DNA of 64,000 nucleotides from Octopus vulgaris (Eukaryota). Made by a program: the position numbers and the translations under genes. Position 1 is the first letter of the stretch. Each line of letters opens with the position of its first letter. Shown piece after piece: positions 12,158-25,840 of the stretch. The DNA is taken from contig OX597815.1 in assembly GCA_951406725.2 (NCBI GenBank), positions 121,520,001 through 121,584,000 on the forward strand, read 5' to 3'. The notes under the pieces are model-generated. The model made no database searches and had not been told where the DNA came from. It worked only from the letters and a program-made list of their open reading frames with translations.

Positions 12158-12520
12158 AAAACTAGAGCACTCAGAGAGCACAAGCCTCCGCCAAGGCAAC
12201 ACCAACGTCCTCTCAACGATTAGCCAGAGATGATTTTTAAAATGAGAATATCAGAAATAAACTCTCACAAATGAGAATACTAAAAGTGAACCCGACCGCT
12301 CTCAAAAATTAAGTAAAATAACTGGTAAAATAATCCAGAATCCTTGTTCGGTACCGAATTGATCCCAAAATCTAATCTGTTCATGCCAGTCACAAGGCCA
12401 AACATCTCTGAAAGATTCATCCGAATCCCTCTAGTGGTTCTTGAGATATCTTGTTCACAGACAGACAGACAGACAAACAAACAAACATGACTGAAAACAA
12501 TACCTCTGCAGAGGTAATAA
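12158..12520. mobile_element. Helentron/DINE-1-like non-autonomous element
   Basis: Left end AAACTAGAGCACTCAGAGAGC..CCTCCGCCAAGGC; internal (CAGA)n/(CAAA)n at 12458-12486; terminal palindrome TACCTCTGCAGAGGTA followed by ATAA. Confidence 0.55.
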
Positions 12521-12576
12521 TGTATTTATCAAAGATAAAGCATTAGCTATTTTAGCTATTCACCTAATCTAGATTC

Positions 12577-12982
12577 GTTTTACTTGTTTCAGTCATTGGA
12601 CTGCGGCCATGCTAGGGTACTGCCTTGAAGGGTTTAGTCAAACAAATTGAACTCCCACACTTCTTTTTAAAGTACTTATTCTATCAGTCTCTTTTACCAA
12701 ACTGCTAAATTGTAAATATTCTAACAAACTGATATTGGTTGTCAAGTGGTGGGGTGACATACACACACATACACAAGCTTATACAACATATATATACATA
12801 TATATATATACACACACACACACAAAACAAGCTTCTACATAGTTTTCTTCTACCAAATCTACTCACAAGGCTTTGGTTGGTCTAGATCTATAACTGAAGA
12901 TTCTCGCCCAAGCTGTCATACAGTGGGAGAGAACACAAAATCACATGGTTGCAAAGTGAACTTCTTAATTATACAGCCATGT
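12577..12982 (-). mobile_element. SINE family A
   Basis: TTTTACTTGTTTCAGTCATTGGACTGCGGCCATGC...(CA/TA)n...CACATGGTTGCAAAGTGAACTTCTTAA..CAGCCAT. Confidence 0.85.
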
Positions 12983-13267
12983 CTATATTTTAAAAATATT
13001 CTCGTCATATTTGAAAACCCTAATTCTAGAAAGAAAATACATTAAGGAAATAAAAATATACATTAAGAAAATCAATTAAAGTAGGTGGGCAGATGTGAAC
13101 TGTTGGCTTTCAAAGATCACGAGTTTCCAAATCAAATCAGCCTCTATCAATAATCTTATATTTTCTTGCTAGAAGTATGTGTATGTTTTTTTGTTTTTTT
13201 TTTAATATTTCCCATTGATATGCTTTTGTATTGAATTGAACTCCTTGTATTATTATGGGCAGTGAAA

Positions 13268-13700
13268 AGGTGGCAAGCTGGCAGAATTGTTAGCCTGCTG
13301 GACAAAATACTTAGTGGTATTTCGCCCGTCGCTATGTTCTGAATTCAAATTTCGCCAAGGTCGACTTTGCCTTTCATCCTTTTGGAGTTGATAAATTAAG
13401 TACCAGTTGCATACTGGGTTCAGTCTAATCAACTAGCCCGCTCTCTTCAAATTCCAGGCCTTGTGCCTATAGTAGAAATGATTATTATGAGCAGTGAAGA
13501 GGCAGTGTGCTAGCAGAATCATTAGCAGTAGCATTTCTTCCAGTTTCATGTTCTGAGTTCAAATTCCATTGAGGTCAACTTTACCTTTTGTCCTTTTGGG
13601 ATCAATAAAATAAGGACCAGTCAAACACTTGGATTGATGTAATCAACTCCCCCTTCCCTCAAAATTGCTGGCCTTGTGCTAAATTTAGAAAGAATTATTA
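13268..13700 (+). mobile_element. two head-to-tail copies of tRNA-SINE family B (Meta-like core, ATT tail)
   Basis: GGCAAGCTGGCAGAATTGTTAG head, GAGTTCAAATTCC B-box, core GCCTTTCATCCT..GATAAATTAAGTACCAGT, and AGAAA.GATTATTA end, occurring twice. Confidence 0.85.
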
Positions 13701-14156
13701 TAGGTGATGAAGATTTCTCTCTTTTTTATATATTTACATTTCCTCAGAAAGCTAAAATGAATTATCACAAGATATTTAATTTAATATAACTTCCTTTTTT
13801 TTACTTCAATGTGTTCATTAAGTTTACATGCTAATTAGATAATGGAAATTTAGTGCAAAAAAAAAAAAATGAAATAAAAATAACACCTAATACAAGATCT
13901 AAAGTTAGTTAAGGAGTAAGGGTGAGTTAAGGGTTGAAGCCAGCTAAAAACTGACAAGTTTCCAAAATTAAATCTTTGCATAACATTTTTGTTGTCATTA
14001 TTTTCTTTTTTCCTACCTTCCTTTTCTTTGTTGTGTAAAGTATGTTAATCAAGATTGTCCTGCAATGACAGTAAACATGCTAATTTCTTCATTGTCGCTA
14101 TTTCATATTAATGTTATTTCAACATTACAAGTCATTTTCTTTTCTGTTGACTTTAG

Positions 14157-14183
14157 AAAGTAAACTTCCTTCCTTTCTCACAG
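14157..14183 (+). CDS. candidate 27-nt phase 1-1 micro-exon (xSKLPSFLT-G) of an unidentified gene
   Basis: Acceptor cattttcttttctgttgactttAG and donor CAG|gtaaaa; phase-compatible with 22013-22066. No homology evidence. Confidence 0.25.
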
Positions 14184-14399
14184 GTAAAATTGAATTCATT
14201 TGATGTTTTCCTTCCTTCCTTCTTTCTTTTTTTGTTACTTGCTTTAATCATTGGATTGCAGCCATGCCGGAGCACCATCTTGAAAGGTTTTGTTGAACAT
14301 ATTGACTCCAGTACATTGCTGAATTGCCTAGTTACAGGGATGCAAATAAACCAACACCAATTATCCGGTGATGGGTGGAGGGTGATATACACAAAGACC

Positions 14400-14637
14400 T
14401 ATCAAGCCAAGTGGGATTGTAGTCATGGCTGATGCCAGTGTTTCATATCTGGCACCCATGTCGGTTGCACATAAAAAGTATACATTACACTCTTGGAGTG
14501 GCTGGCTTTAGGAAGGGTATCCAGCTGTAGAAATCATGCTAAATCAGACTGGAAGCTGGTGCAGCCCCCCAGCTTACCAGTCTTTAGTCAAACCATTTAA
14601 CCCATGCCAGCATGGAAAACAGACATTAAATGATGAT
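14400..14637 (+). mobile_element. RTE 3' tail fragment splitting a minus-strand SINE A (~14235-14800)
   Basis: ACACTCTTGGAGTGG..AGGAAGGGTATCCAGCTGTAGAAA..CCCATGCCAGCATGGAAAACAGACATTAAATGATGATG. Confidence 0.8.
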
Positions 14638-15086
14638 GTGTATATATATATATATATATATATATGATGGACTGCTACACAGTCTCTGCGTAAGCAATGG
14701 TCAAACTGGGCCCACATAGAAGGAGACACTCTTGGCCAAAAGTGCTGAACCCAAGACCACCTGATTGCAAAGGAAGCTTCTTAACCACACAGCTATGCTG
14801 TGTCTGTAACTTCCTAACAATACAACCAGAAAATTTTGCTACTTTTTAATTATACTTTTCTTCTGGTTTCTTTATTAAAACAAAATCTTTTATTTATGAA
14901 ATTTTGTAAGCATTTTTTTTTTTAATTTTTAATTTGGCTATACAATACATTTGCAGTTTTAGTAAGCTTTTTTTTTTTATGAATTCATTCAATTTGGACA
15001 GATTATAATAATCTGGAGACTTGTCAACTAAACAAAATGTCTTTCTTTTTTTATATGACCGCTCAGAAATTTTTACTCTTAAGTAT

Positions 15087-15540
15087 CATATCATCATCAC
15101 CATCATCATCATTTTACTGTCCACTTTTCCATGCTTTTCTGGGTCTGCTGGAATTTGTTGAGGTAGATTTTCTACAATCAGATCCCTTTCCTATCACCAA
15201 TCCTTGCCCGTTTCCAAATAAGGTAAATATTTATTATGTCCAGACATGTTTTCCTATGGGAGACTGGAAACGAACAATGCTGATTGTATGCTGGTTATGC
15301 TCTCTAATTTACACCCATTATGTAATGTCTAGACAAGATTATACACTAACACATGTACATATGCATATACATACAACTGGCTTTTTTTCAGTTTCCATCT
15401 ACCAAATCCCATCTCTATTCATAAAGCTTTGGTCAGCTGAAGGCTATAGCAGAGAACACAAAATCCAAGGTGCCACACGGTGGTATTGAACCTAAGATCA
15501 CATGATTGTGAAGCAAGCTTTTCAAACAAACAGCAATGCC
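15087..15540 (-). mobile_element. SINE with family-A head and RTE-like tail
   Basis: (CAT)n-TTTTACTGTCCACTTTTCCATGC...CAGTTTCCATCTACCAAATCC...CCAAGGTGCCACACGGTGG. Confidence 0.75.
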
Positions 15541-16621
15541 TGAAAAACATGTATCAAATTAATATAAATTAAAATGAGATTTAAAATTGGTATGTTCATC
15601 TTTACTACATTTAAAAATTTTACTATAGCTATTTGGGATTCCTTTATAAGAATTGTGAATTAAGGTATTTGGGAATAAAATGGTTGTGGGTATTCTCTGT
15701 TTATTGAATAATTATTTGTTGAGAAAATTAAAAATATTTCCACTTGACTTTGTTTTCATAAAAGTTTATATATCCTAGAAATAAAGGAATTTTTCTAATG
15801 GCACTAAGCTACCAATTTCTTGAGAGTTATCAATTAAATTACTATCAATAGGTACCATACTATAGCTCAGTCAAACAAAGCCTTGTGAGTGAATATGGTA
15901 GACATAAACAGAAAGAAACCTGTCGTGTGTGTGTATTAGTGTTTCCTTGTCTTGACTTGTGTGAGAGTGTCTTTGTCATACAAGCAGTATCCTATATTCC
16001 CAGTCTTTTGGGAAAACATGTCTAGCCATGCTGAGATATTTTACTTAAAACCAGGCAAAGGTTGGCTACAGGAAGGCAGTAGAGTTTCTGCCTCAACAAA
16101 GTCCACCTGCCTCATGAAAAAGTGGATGTGAATATGATGATGGTGGTGATGGTGATCTTTCCAAATTCTATGCAATATTTCTTCCTTTATGGCACTGAGA
16201 TTTTGTGTCCCCTTTTTCTGATGTTCCCACATTAACCCTTAAACTCTAGACCTCCCTTGTAAGTTTGGAATTTTTTCTGCAGTTCTTTAATATTTAAATA
16301 ATAAGGGCTGAAGACAAGCCTGTTTAAAAAATTCTGCAGTGAATTCTCTTTACTTCTCACAGCATGTATGGTTTACACAAACTGTTTATCTAACCACCCC
16401 ACTACCATGATGATTCTGTTAAAATTCTTATGTTGATTGTTTATTCTCATTAAAAAAAACAATAGAATAAACTTCTTGCAGTTGCTATCATCAGTGGTTC
16501 TATGATCTGTAAACATAATTTTATCTCACCCAAGCTAATCCTCTCCGGAGTTCCTTTCAAGATTTATTTCTTTTAAATTAGATTATCATAATATCAAAAT
16601 AACAAGTGTAATTCTTGTAGC

Positions 16622-17038
16622 CTAACACTTTTGTTACAATATTTATGTTGAAATATGCTGCTTTTGCTTGAATAAACTCTGAAAATAATGAAGAATTTAG
16701 TAAATTACCTTACATTTTTCATTGTTAAACATGTAAGCCTAGCAGAATTGTTAGCATGTTAAACAAAATGCTCACCAGCATTTCTTCTGGCTTTATTTTC
16801 TGAGTTCAAATTCTGTTAAAGTCAATTTAGCCTTTCGCTCTTTCAGGTACTGGGGTCAATGTAATTGATTTACTCCACCCCCGCCAAAAATTACTGGCCT
16901 TGTGCCAAAATTTAAAACCATTATTAAGCTAATGTTTAGAACATGAATTTTCCTGAAATTTTGATGGAAGGTTTTAATCTAAAGCAAGGAGTTTATATCA
17001 GGGGTTGGTTACAGGCAGTTTATCATAAAGGGGGTTAA
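16622..17038. mobile_element. TTAA-ended (piggyBac-like) MITE with nested SINE B (~16735-16925)
   Basis: Ends AAAGGGGGTTAA; the internal GATGGAAGGTTTTAAT is inverted relative to ATTAAAACCTTCCATC at ~48237. Confidence 0.4.
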
Positions 17039-19759
17039 TTAGCATACTACTGTAGCTAGAGTACTGCTGTGTGTCACATGTTGATACTAGCAGGTATATT
17101 TGATCAATGATGTCTCAACAAAACTACTGTTATAAATCATTTGTAATTTAAGCAGTGAAAGCAAAATTCTAAGAATGACTGTGTTGATTAAAGATAAGAT
17201 AGTACTAGTAAATTCAAAATTATACCAACAATCGTAGTTTACGAAAATAAAAAGACAAGATGAAAGAGAAATAATTTTGTGGTTTTGTCTTTTGGTATTG
17301 TTGAAGTTGTTAGTATACAAGAGTAGAGCCATTTCATATTATTGCACGGTGGAATTAATTTGAGCATCATAACTGGTTGGCTTCAGTTCAAATTGCTTGA
17401 AGCTAAAGTTGACACAGACTTCACAATAAATTAGTGCTGTTAAAAAGTAGACACATTTTATATTTTGGAAATTAGATGTAAAACAGGAGTAAAATATAAA
17501 AATTAAATATTTGTTTTCTGGTTTAGTCAAGTGAAAGAGTTAATACAAATGACTTTTACAGGCCCTCTGAGACAGAGATTGATATATTTGAACATCTGTA
17601 GGTCAACATCTCAATAGAAAAACAAAAACAAAATATATAAGTAGAAAGTGGTTCCTAGAGAGTTGAAATTCTAGGAAGGAAGAATTGAAAATACTATTGA
17701 CACAGCTTGGAAGGTAAAAAGAGACAGGTAGTAGGCTGGGTGGACTTGGGTAAAGAGAATTAATTTGTCTCACTTTTGGTTCTTGTTTTAACCAACTCAT
17801 CTATGTTTCTGATACATTTTAGCAATGAATGAACTTCACAACTTCCATAAGTTTTCAATAAATTTGAAGCCAATTATAAACCTTGTTTTAATTTGGCTCT
17901 ATGTTAGTTCTTGATAATGGGGTTGGTTGTATCATTACTTAACTTATTGATTATGTATGAGCTTAGCTTTGTAGACTTGGGCCTTCAGAAGCTAATCAGG
18001 CTGGCTCTTTTGTGCCACACCACAATTAGCAGTTTAAAAAAAATTCTTTTCTAAACAAATCAATATGATTGTTTTTTTTTCCATTCTTCACCTTCCTGAT
18101 ATTTCTTGTTGCAAGATTGCTTTTTTTTAATTTTTAAAAAATAATTTTTCAGATAATTGTTTTTGAAAGACTTCTGTCTGATGACAGTTCGTCATCAACA
18201 TCAGCATCATCATCATCAACAACAATATTAGCTTCATCATCATCAAGAATATCACCTTCATCATCATCATCATCTTTGTCAGTCATTATTGTCATCAATA
18301 TTATCTTAATTATGATTTTTCATCTCCATTATCTTCTTCGGTATTTTCATTATAATTATCATTATCAGCATCTTCCTCATCCCCCTTGTCACTATTATCT
18401 TCTTTATTGCTGTTTTCCCTTTTCTCCTTTTTTTATTATAAATATTATTAGTTGGGCTAATAGTTTGTGCAGTAGTTTGAACTACTCAAAAAAGCTCTGT
18501 GCAGTAGTTTGAACTATTCGAAAAAGCTGCCAAATTGCTCTCAAGTCACATTTTACCATCAGAAATGAAGAAGGATATTGGATAACCTAGTTCTAGATAA
18601 ACTATCCCTATAAAAAAGACAGGATACTCATAACTGGAATACTTAATTGTAGGTCTTTTGGATCTGGCTTGAGCTCAACCTGACCATGACCTCCAAGTTT
18701 GTACAAAATTCTTATCTAAAAATTAAAATTTAAAAATGTTGTCTAAAGGTATAAATGTCATAAACTCTTTCCCCACCACACACATCCTAAACTATATTAG
18801 AAAAGATAGTTTCTTGTTGCAATTGATTCAAATGAACTGTATCAATAGATTTTCATTTACAACTGATTAAATAACCACCTGTATTATTTAAAACCATATT
18901 TTCTTAAGTGTTATCAACTTCACTGCTCAATATTATATTAGGTCTGCTGAATTAATTCTCTACTTTCAGTTCTGAGCACATTTCACCCCACCGCATCTTT
19001 TTAAAAACAAATATTGATTAGTTTAATCAATTATTATTATTTTTTAATTTTATTTATAAATTACTAAAGATTTTGTTTTTGTATTTTATGGTTACCTAGC
19101 AGCACATTCTATGAAATTATTAATTTTCTTTCTGGAAAGCCAATGATATTTTTTGTTTATCTTTACTGGCCCATATTTTATTGGCTCACCTGATAGCAAA
19201 TTTTAAAAACTCTTCCAATATATAATGAGGCTACTAAGAGTTAGAAAAAGAGTTAAATCTACATGGAAATAAGATAATTTTCATGTTTTTTCCCACTTTT
19301 CTATACACATGTGTCCAAAGCACATTTATTAAACTCCTTTTATAATTGTTCCTTTCTTTTTATTTCTGAAGTTTAAAATAGCAAATCTTAAAAACTTAAT
19401 TGTTTGGTTGACAAAGTTGTAACTCTTAATGGTACCAATAGTTAATTGATTTTGTCTTCTAACATAAGGGGAACTCTTTATAAAAATGAAAGAAAATTAT
19501 TTTAAAAGCATGACAAATTTGAAATAAACCATCAGTGGATGGACAAACTAATAAATTTTCAATTGAATTTTGAGTGTTAACAAAGTGATTGATTTTCTTT
19601 AGATTTTTACATGACACATCAGTTTATCCATTTTTTATTTTGATTATATAACATCTTAAAATTTTATTTTGATTATATAATGTCTTAAAATAAAATCATA
19701 ATCAAATACCAACTTCATTTGGTTCTTTGATAAAATCGCACTTTGTACTTTTCTCTAAG

Positions 19760-20230
19760 TGCTTGTCATCATTAACATCAATCATTGCTCTAATGTTCAT
19801 TTTAACATATTGGCATGGATTGGTTCTACAGCAAAGCATATTCCAAATTTTGTCAGTTCTGCCTCAAAATTTATGTTCTTTATTCAAATATCGGTTTTCC
19901 TGGCTGATTTTGGCTTGTCTCCCAAGGTCATGTTAACATCCTAGCTTCTGACATCATCACTTCTTCGTATATCATCTTTACTCATCATTGTCTATCACTG
20001 ATATCTTTCACTCTCAAGACACACTCATTTTCCATAAATCAGGTGTTTTCCAGTACAGATAAGTCTTCCTAATAGTTTTAATGCTCTATCACTTTATCAC
20101 TTCATATGATTTGTCATGGAAGTTAATATTGCACACACAGCAGATCACATACTCTATTTCTTCCCAGGCTGTATAGATCTTCTTTGTTCAATACTCATGG
20201 CTGACTGCCATACAGTATAATATTTTGCTT
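19760..20230 (-). mobile_element. old decayed RTE-like LINE fragment
   Basis: Minus-strand remnants of LYGSQ(S)W (reverse complement of CATGGCTGACTGCCATACAG) and GRQAK/RP-like C-terminal motifs. Confidence 0.35.
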
Positions 20231-22012
20231 TCAAGCTTGATTCCAATATCCTATGTACTCTTTCTAAGTTGGATTACAGGAGCAAATCTAAAGTATAGAA
20301 ATTACCTATTGAATATTCATTTGTGACATACAGAACCAGATGAATGGATATTTCTTTCTTCAATCTATTCAAAAACCTGTACTTTTCCAGCCCAATTTAT
20401 TCTCAGAATTAGGAAAGTAAGGTGGTTTACTTGGAAAACTAGCATATAATTTGAATCTTGTAAAATTATTAATATTACAAAGAGCTTTTAATATGTTTAA
20501 TTATTTGTGGAAAGATGACCATGTGGAGACAGAGATTGATTACTGCATTAAGTTATGCTAATTGCATATGTGAGGAAGATTTTAAATACATTGGTCCTCA
20601 TTTATCACGGATTTTGCTCAAAAAAATGATGATAAATGAATCATCTCTATACACTATATAAATAGAAAAAGATGGTAGACTGAGTGACACTAGACTCAAG
20701 ACCCGCAGCTTCCACATATTTCTTGATCATTTACATTTTCCCATTGAGAATACACTCATCTATGTTGTTTGTTAGGATCAAGTGCCTTTGTATTTTTTCT
20801 GTTCACTTGTCCCATATTGATGGGTACAATCATGTAAATCTGTATTTAAAAAATGCACAACCTGGCAACATGATCATGTAAATCAGGCAATAGTAAGTGC
20901 ATTGTGGGTCAGTGATGAATGAATCAATGATAAACAAGGTCACAAGTATGAGCATTTTGAATTTGTTTTGTATAGCATATAAATAATAGTGTGTCTTTGT
21001 AGAGATTCCTTTTTGAATAACTTGTAATTTGCTACAATCTGTGTAATGGAAGTTTCAGAGCCAAACTACTAATAATAAAATTAATAATCTCTGCTAAGGT
21101 TTTGTACTGTGAGGAGAGGTTAGTTTGAAGCTCTTTCTGGTATATTGACTTATTTTGTTTTACAAATTTATCATTTTTTTAACTGTTTTTCTTTTCTCTT
21201 TTCAATGAAGAGACTCAGTAATTTCCTTGAATTATTGTTTGTTTTTGATTTGTCATAGCTGATGTTGTTTTATATATGACTAACAGTCTACTTAGGTGCT
21301 TGTGTATTGACTAACTTTTTTTTTTTTTCATTTTGGTTATGTACTCTGTATAATTGTGTAACTGATATAGAAGCATTGTATGAGTCTGAAATTGCAATCT
21401 TTTGTCTATGGGAATTAGTTATGCTCTGGACTGGGACTTGACCTACAATATTCTCTTGTATTGCTTGTAAATAATGCAATGACATGTTTACTTAGTATTG
21501 ACTGTTAATTTGAACCTCTTTGAGCTGTCAGTGTAGTTGTTTTATGCATGGCAAGAGTTGCACTCTGCAAAGATGTGACTATGATAACATCAATATAAAA
21601 TCTGTTATGCAGGTTCATAGAATATTGTGTATTGATAAATTAGAGGAGGAGAGTGATGAAAGAGATGCAAGAAACCATAAACCTGGAAGCTTATAAAAAA
21701 AAATGGATATGCTGGCTCAGTGCACTTTTTTTCACAGCTTGTATTTTTTTTTGATTTGTTCTGATTATGTAAGCCTTGTATAACAAATTCTGTGAGCATT
21801 TTTTTTTGTTTCTTTTTAATAATTATTGAAAAACCATTTTGAAGATTTTACAGTCCTCTTTCATAATACTGCATAGAAATAATTTTTTTATTGCCTTGTT
21901 CAATTAATATTCATTTATAGATTAATTTTTAAAATACATATATGAAATATATATATATTCTTCCTTATTGGTAAATATTAATTGATGAAATTTATTTCTA
22001 CTTTTAATTCAG

Positions 22013-22066
22013 GTTTATTGCCTCAAAGTAATGGAATACTTATCATAATGACAGCTACACCTAAAT
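22013..22066 (+). CDS. candidate 54-nt phase 1-1 exon (LLPQSNGILIIMTATPK) of an unidentified gene
   Basis: Acceptor tttatttctacttttaattcAG and strong donor AAT|gtaagta; length divisible by 3; only one open frame; lies in non-repetitive DNA. Confidence 0.45.
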
Positions 22067-22084
22067 GTAAGTATATTTTGTGTT

Positions 22085-22930
22085 ACTGATGGATGTCTCT
22101 CCATCTTCCCATTCACTATACCGGACCCCACCACCACCTAGCCAATTATATATCATTTCACTTTCTCTCATCCTTTCATCTTTCTCCTATCTACTGTATC
22201 ATATATTACTATTCTGCTGATTTCCACCTCACCCTTTCTGTACTGTCAGTCATCACTTTTCCCCTACCTCTCTCCGCCGCATATGTATCATTGGTTATCC
22301 TCTACCCTTTATCCACCTTACATCCACCCTATCCCAGTTTGTCACTATTTCCTACTCTCTCAATACTTGTTCATTCCTCCCACCTTGTCTAACCATCTCC
22401 CACACACTCTAGTTATCACTGCCCTCTCACACACCTTCTTCTCCTGTCCTCATTCACTTCTCACCTCCTCTCTTGAGGATCCACCCCGACTCCCCATTGC
22501 TACTTATTTATATCTCTATCCAGCTTTAACCCTGCTACTTGCACCCTCTCTTCTATAAGGTGGGTAGTTGTGTATCTCCCCTACAGCAAGAAACCTGTTC
22601 TCTTCTAACCCCTTCTCTCTCCTTCTAATCCCTCATTGCATAGCATAAAACTGCCCTCCTCCCTACTATAGTCCCACTCAGCTGAAGGGGACCTTAGTCT
22701 TGCAAACTGCATGCAACCTCACTAGTGCTGGTGCTACAAAAAAAAAAAAAAAAAAAAAGAAGCAAAAGCACTCAGTACATAATGTAAAGTTGTTGGCATT
22801 AGAAAGGACATCCATCTATAGACATGCCAAAACAGACACTTGAGCATGATGCAGCCTTTGGACCTATTGGATCCTGTCAAACCATCCAACCCATGCCTGC
22901 ACGAAACATGGATATTAAATGATGATGGTG
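22085..22930 (+). mobile_element. older RTE-subfamily 3' UTR: long C/T-rich tract followed by the RTE tail
   Basis: Pyrimidine-rich 22085-22680, then CTAGTGCTGGTGC..GTAAAGTTGTTGGCATTAGAAAGGACATCC..CCAACCCATGCC..ATTAAATGATGATG. Confidence 0.6.
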
Positions 22931-23009
22931 GTGATATTTGTGGTGAACATGACTAACCCCCCAAAAATTTGATGATCTAATTTTTGTCTGGTTGTTTGGA
23001 ATTTGGAAA

Positions 23010-23480
23010 ATCATCATCATCGTTTAACGTCCACTTTCCATGCTGGTATGGGTTGGACGATTTGACTGAGGTCTGGCGAACCAGATGGCTACACGAGACT
23101 CCAATCTGATCTGGCAGAGTTTCTACAGCTGGATGCCCTTCCTAACGCCAACCACTCTGAGAGTGTAGTGGGTGCTTTTACGTGTCACTGGCACGAGGGC
23201 CAGTCAGGCAGTACTGGCAGTGGCCACGCTCAAATGGTGCTTTTTATGTGCCACCTGCACAGGAGCCAGTCCAGCAGCACTGGCAACAACCTTGCTTGAA
23301 TGTTTTTTCACGTACCACCAGTACAAGGTCCAGTAAGGTGACACAGGTAACGATCATGCTCGAATGGTGCTTTTTACGTGCCATCAGCATGGAGGCCAGC
23401 TTGTTGCTCCGGCAGCGATTTCACTCATATGGTACTCTTAGCACTCCACTAGCATGGATGCCAGTCATCGAATTTGAGTG
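23010..23480 (-). mobile_element. RTE LINE 3' UTR fragment
   Basis: (CAT)n-CGTTTAACGTCCACTTTCCATGCTGG and four GGTGCTTTTTACGTGCCAC-type subrepeats. Confidence 0.9.
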
Positions 23481-24479
23481 CTATAAATTTTTATCATTGT
23501 AATAAAACTGGCAATTCAAAATTATATCAGTTTAATAAACTAATGAGAATTTGGTAATTTTTGTGCAATGGCAGGAGAGCACATGTTAGTATTGCTGAGA
23601 AAATTATTGCTAGAATTGTGTACTTTGAGCACATTATAAATTTCACCTTTGTATTTTATATTCAAACAAGTTTCTAACAGTACATTCTTTGATATTGTTT
23701 AGTTTCTATGTTTATTTTCTATTTATTTATTAATTTTTTTAATTTTTTCTTTTGCATATAAACATGTCCTTCAGCTAGGATTGAAATTAGGTGATTTTAC
23801 AATCATGTATCAACAGAAATATGGAAAGATAAATTTAGATAAAAGATAAATAACAACAACAATAATAATAATAATAATAATTAATAATAACAACAACACA
23901 CATTTTCACTCTTTTCAAAACACATAACACAAGATTGGAAAAGTTTCAGATTTGGATTTCGTAGGGTTATGTTTGTATCTATATTTGTATTTATATTTGT
24001 AAAATAGTTTACGGCTATTTTATAATTTAAATAACTATTTCCATTTACTTTATCTAAAATTTGATCATTTTGTTTTCCCTTGAATTTTCTTTTCTTTTTA
24101 TTTTCATTTATAAGCAACACTCATTCATTCATTGTCAACAGGATATGATTTAGGAAATCAACTACAATTAATAGTAGCTGATTTGTTTCCATGGCTGAAA
24201 AATCTAATCTAATTCAATTAACCCCTATGGTATTAACATTAGTACCATATTTAAGACTGTCTGCAATTTTAAGGAAAAAATAAATTTTTTGTTTTTATTT
24301 TCATCTTTTTATAACAAAAGGCTATACTTAAAATACTGTATGTGTATGTGTGCATGCGTGTGTGTGTGTATTTGAATAATAATTCAAGTAGGTGTATGGG
24401 AGTTGATGTACTGAATGACACATGCAAAGAATTTTTAATAAATCAAAATTTAAATTGAATTAATTTTTATAGAAATTTA

Positions 24480-24502
24480 ACACACATACACACACACTTG
24501 CT

Positions 24503-24537
<35 letters not shown>

Positions 24538-24580
24538 ATATATATATATATAATACCAATCTACAACTCTCTTTTGTTCT

Positions 24581-24652
<72 letters not shown>

Positions 24653-24660
24653 TATACATA
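24480..24660. repeat. compound (TA)n/(TG)n/(CA)n microsatellite
   Basis: Directly visible; source of the YIYI ORFs. Confidence 0.95.
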
Positions 24661-25785
24661 CTTGGCTTATTATTTATTAACATCATATTAGTTGAACTCA
24701 GTGCGGGAACCAATTTTAAGCTATTGATCTGAAATATTGAATCATTTATTCAAGAAGTAGTAACAGAAATGGTTGGCGATATCATTAGACTCAATGTTTT
24801 CCTTTGTGTGTGTGTGTGTGTGTGTGTGTGAGTGTGTGTGTGTGTGTGTGTATACACACGGAGTCATGTCTATATAATATTTAACATCATCATGAAAAAC
24901 CAGAAAGGTTTTCTTATAAGTTAGCTTTTAATTTTGTCGTAAGAATAACAATTTTAAAGATGTTAGGAGCTATTACAATAATTTGAGTTTTACTTTCTGA
25001 TTGAATTCCAAAGTCTGACCATTTCTTAATATAATAGATGTTATTAAAATCTATGCCTTCAAGAGCAATTTTTGTTTCTATTTTGTTACTGTTATTGTTA
25101 AATTCATTACAATAGAATTTTTGTTATGTTCAATCTCACTTTATCTTTGTAAATGTCTATAATTTTAAGTTACTCCTTTAAATTTAATTGCAATTGTTTC
25201 ATATGTTCTCAGATATTTGTTTTGGGGAAAAGAAATAAACCAGTACATCTGGTATTATTACAGCATCTTAGTTTTATCAGTTTCCTTATTTCAAACAACT
25301 TGTTATTGATATTTGTTAAACTGTCACAGTTTGTATTAAGATACATGACTGACCACTAATACTCATTATTATTGGATATATATATATATACACATAGACT
25401 CCCTTTGAGAATAATAACTATTGATAATTCTCTGTGTGTGTGCTTGGACAAATGAGTGAACTGATGTGTAAGGGAGTGACTGTGTAAGATTAGGAATTTA
25501 TGTTCATGTATTGTTTTATTCATTCTCTCATATTTTCATATATTTGTTTATTAGAGTATCAATTCTCCAAGGTCGTGTAGGCTAGTCTTCTGAGATCATA
25601 TCATATTAGCATCAATGTTTTTAAGTTCTCTTGAGCTTATCTGTATGGTTTAGGATTGATGGATTGATTTTTGTGTTTTGAATAACTAGGAAAGTAAAAA
25701 GTAAGGAATGGTTGCTTTGAATTTTCTCACAAATATGTAATTAGCTCAACTAGAAAACATACCTAAGACCAGAGACATATACATA

Positions 25786-25840
25786 TGGTGGTGGTGGCAG
25801 TGGTAGCAGTGGCGGTGGCAGTGGTGGTGGTGGTGGCGGT
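25786..25840. repeat. (GGT/GGC)n trinucleotide repeat
   Basis: TGGTGGTGGTGGCAGTGGTAGCAGTGGCGGTGGCAGTGGTGG. Confidence 0.85.

Noticed and set aside
17087-17800. Three consecutive minus-strand ORFs suggesting a gene
   Set aside because: No recognisable motifs or splice structure; consistent with AT-rich chance ORFs or a very old transposon.
24460-24732. YIYI/THTH-rich ORFs here and at 9116, 34891-35157 and 63516-63828
   Set aside because: These are translations of dinucleotide microsatellites.
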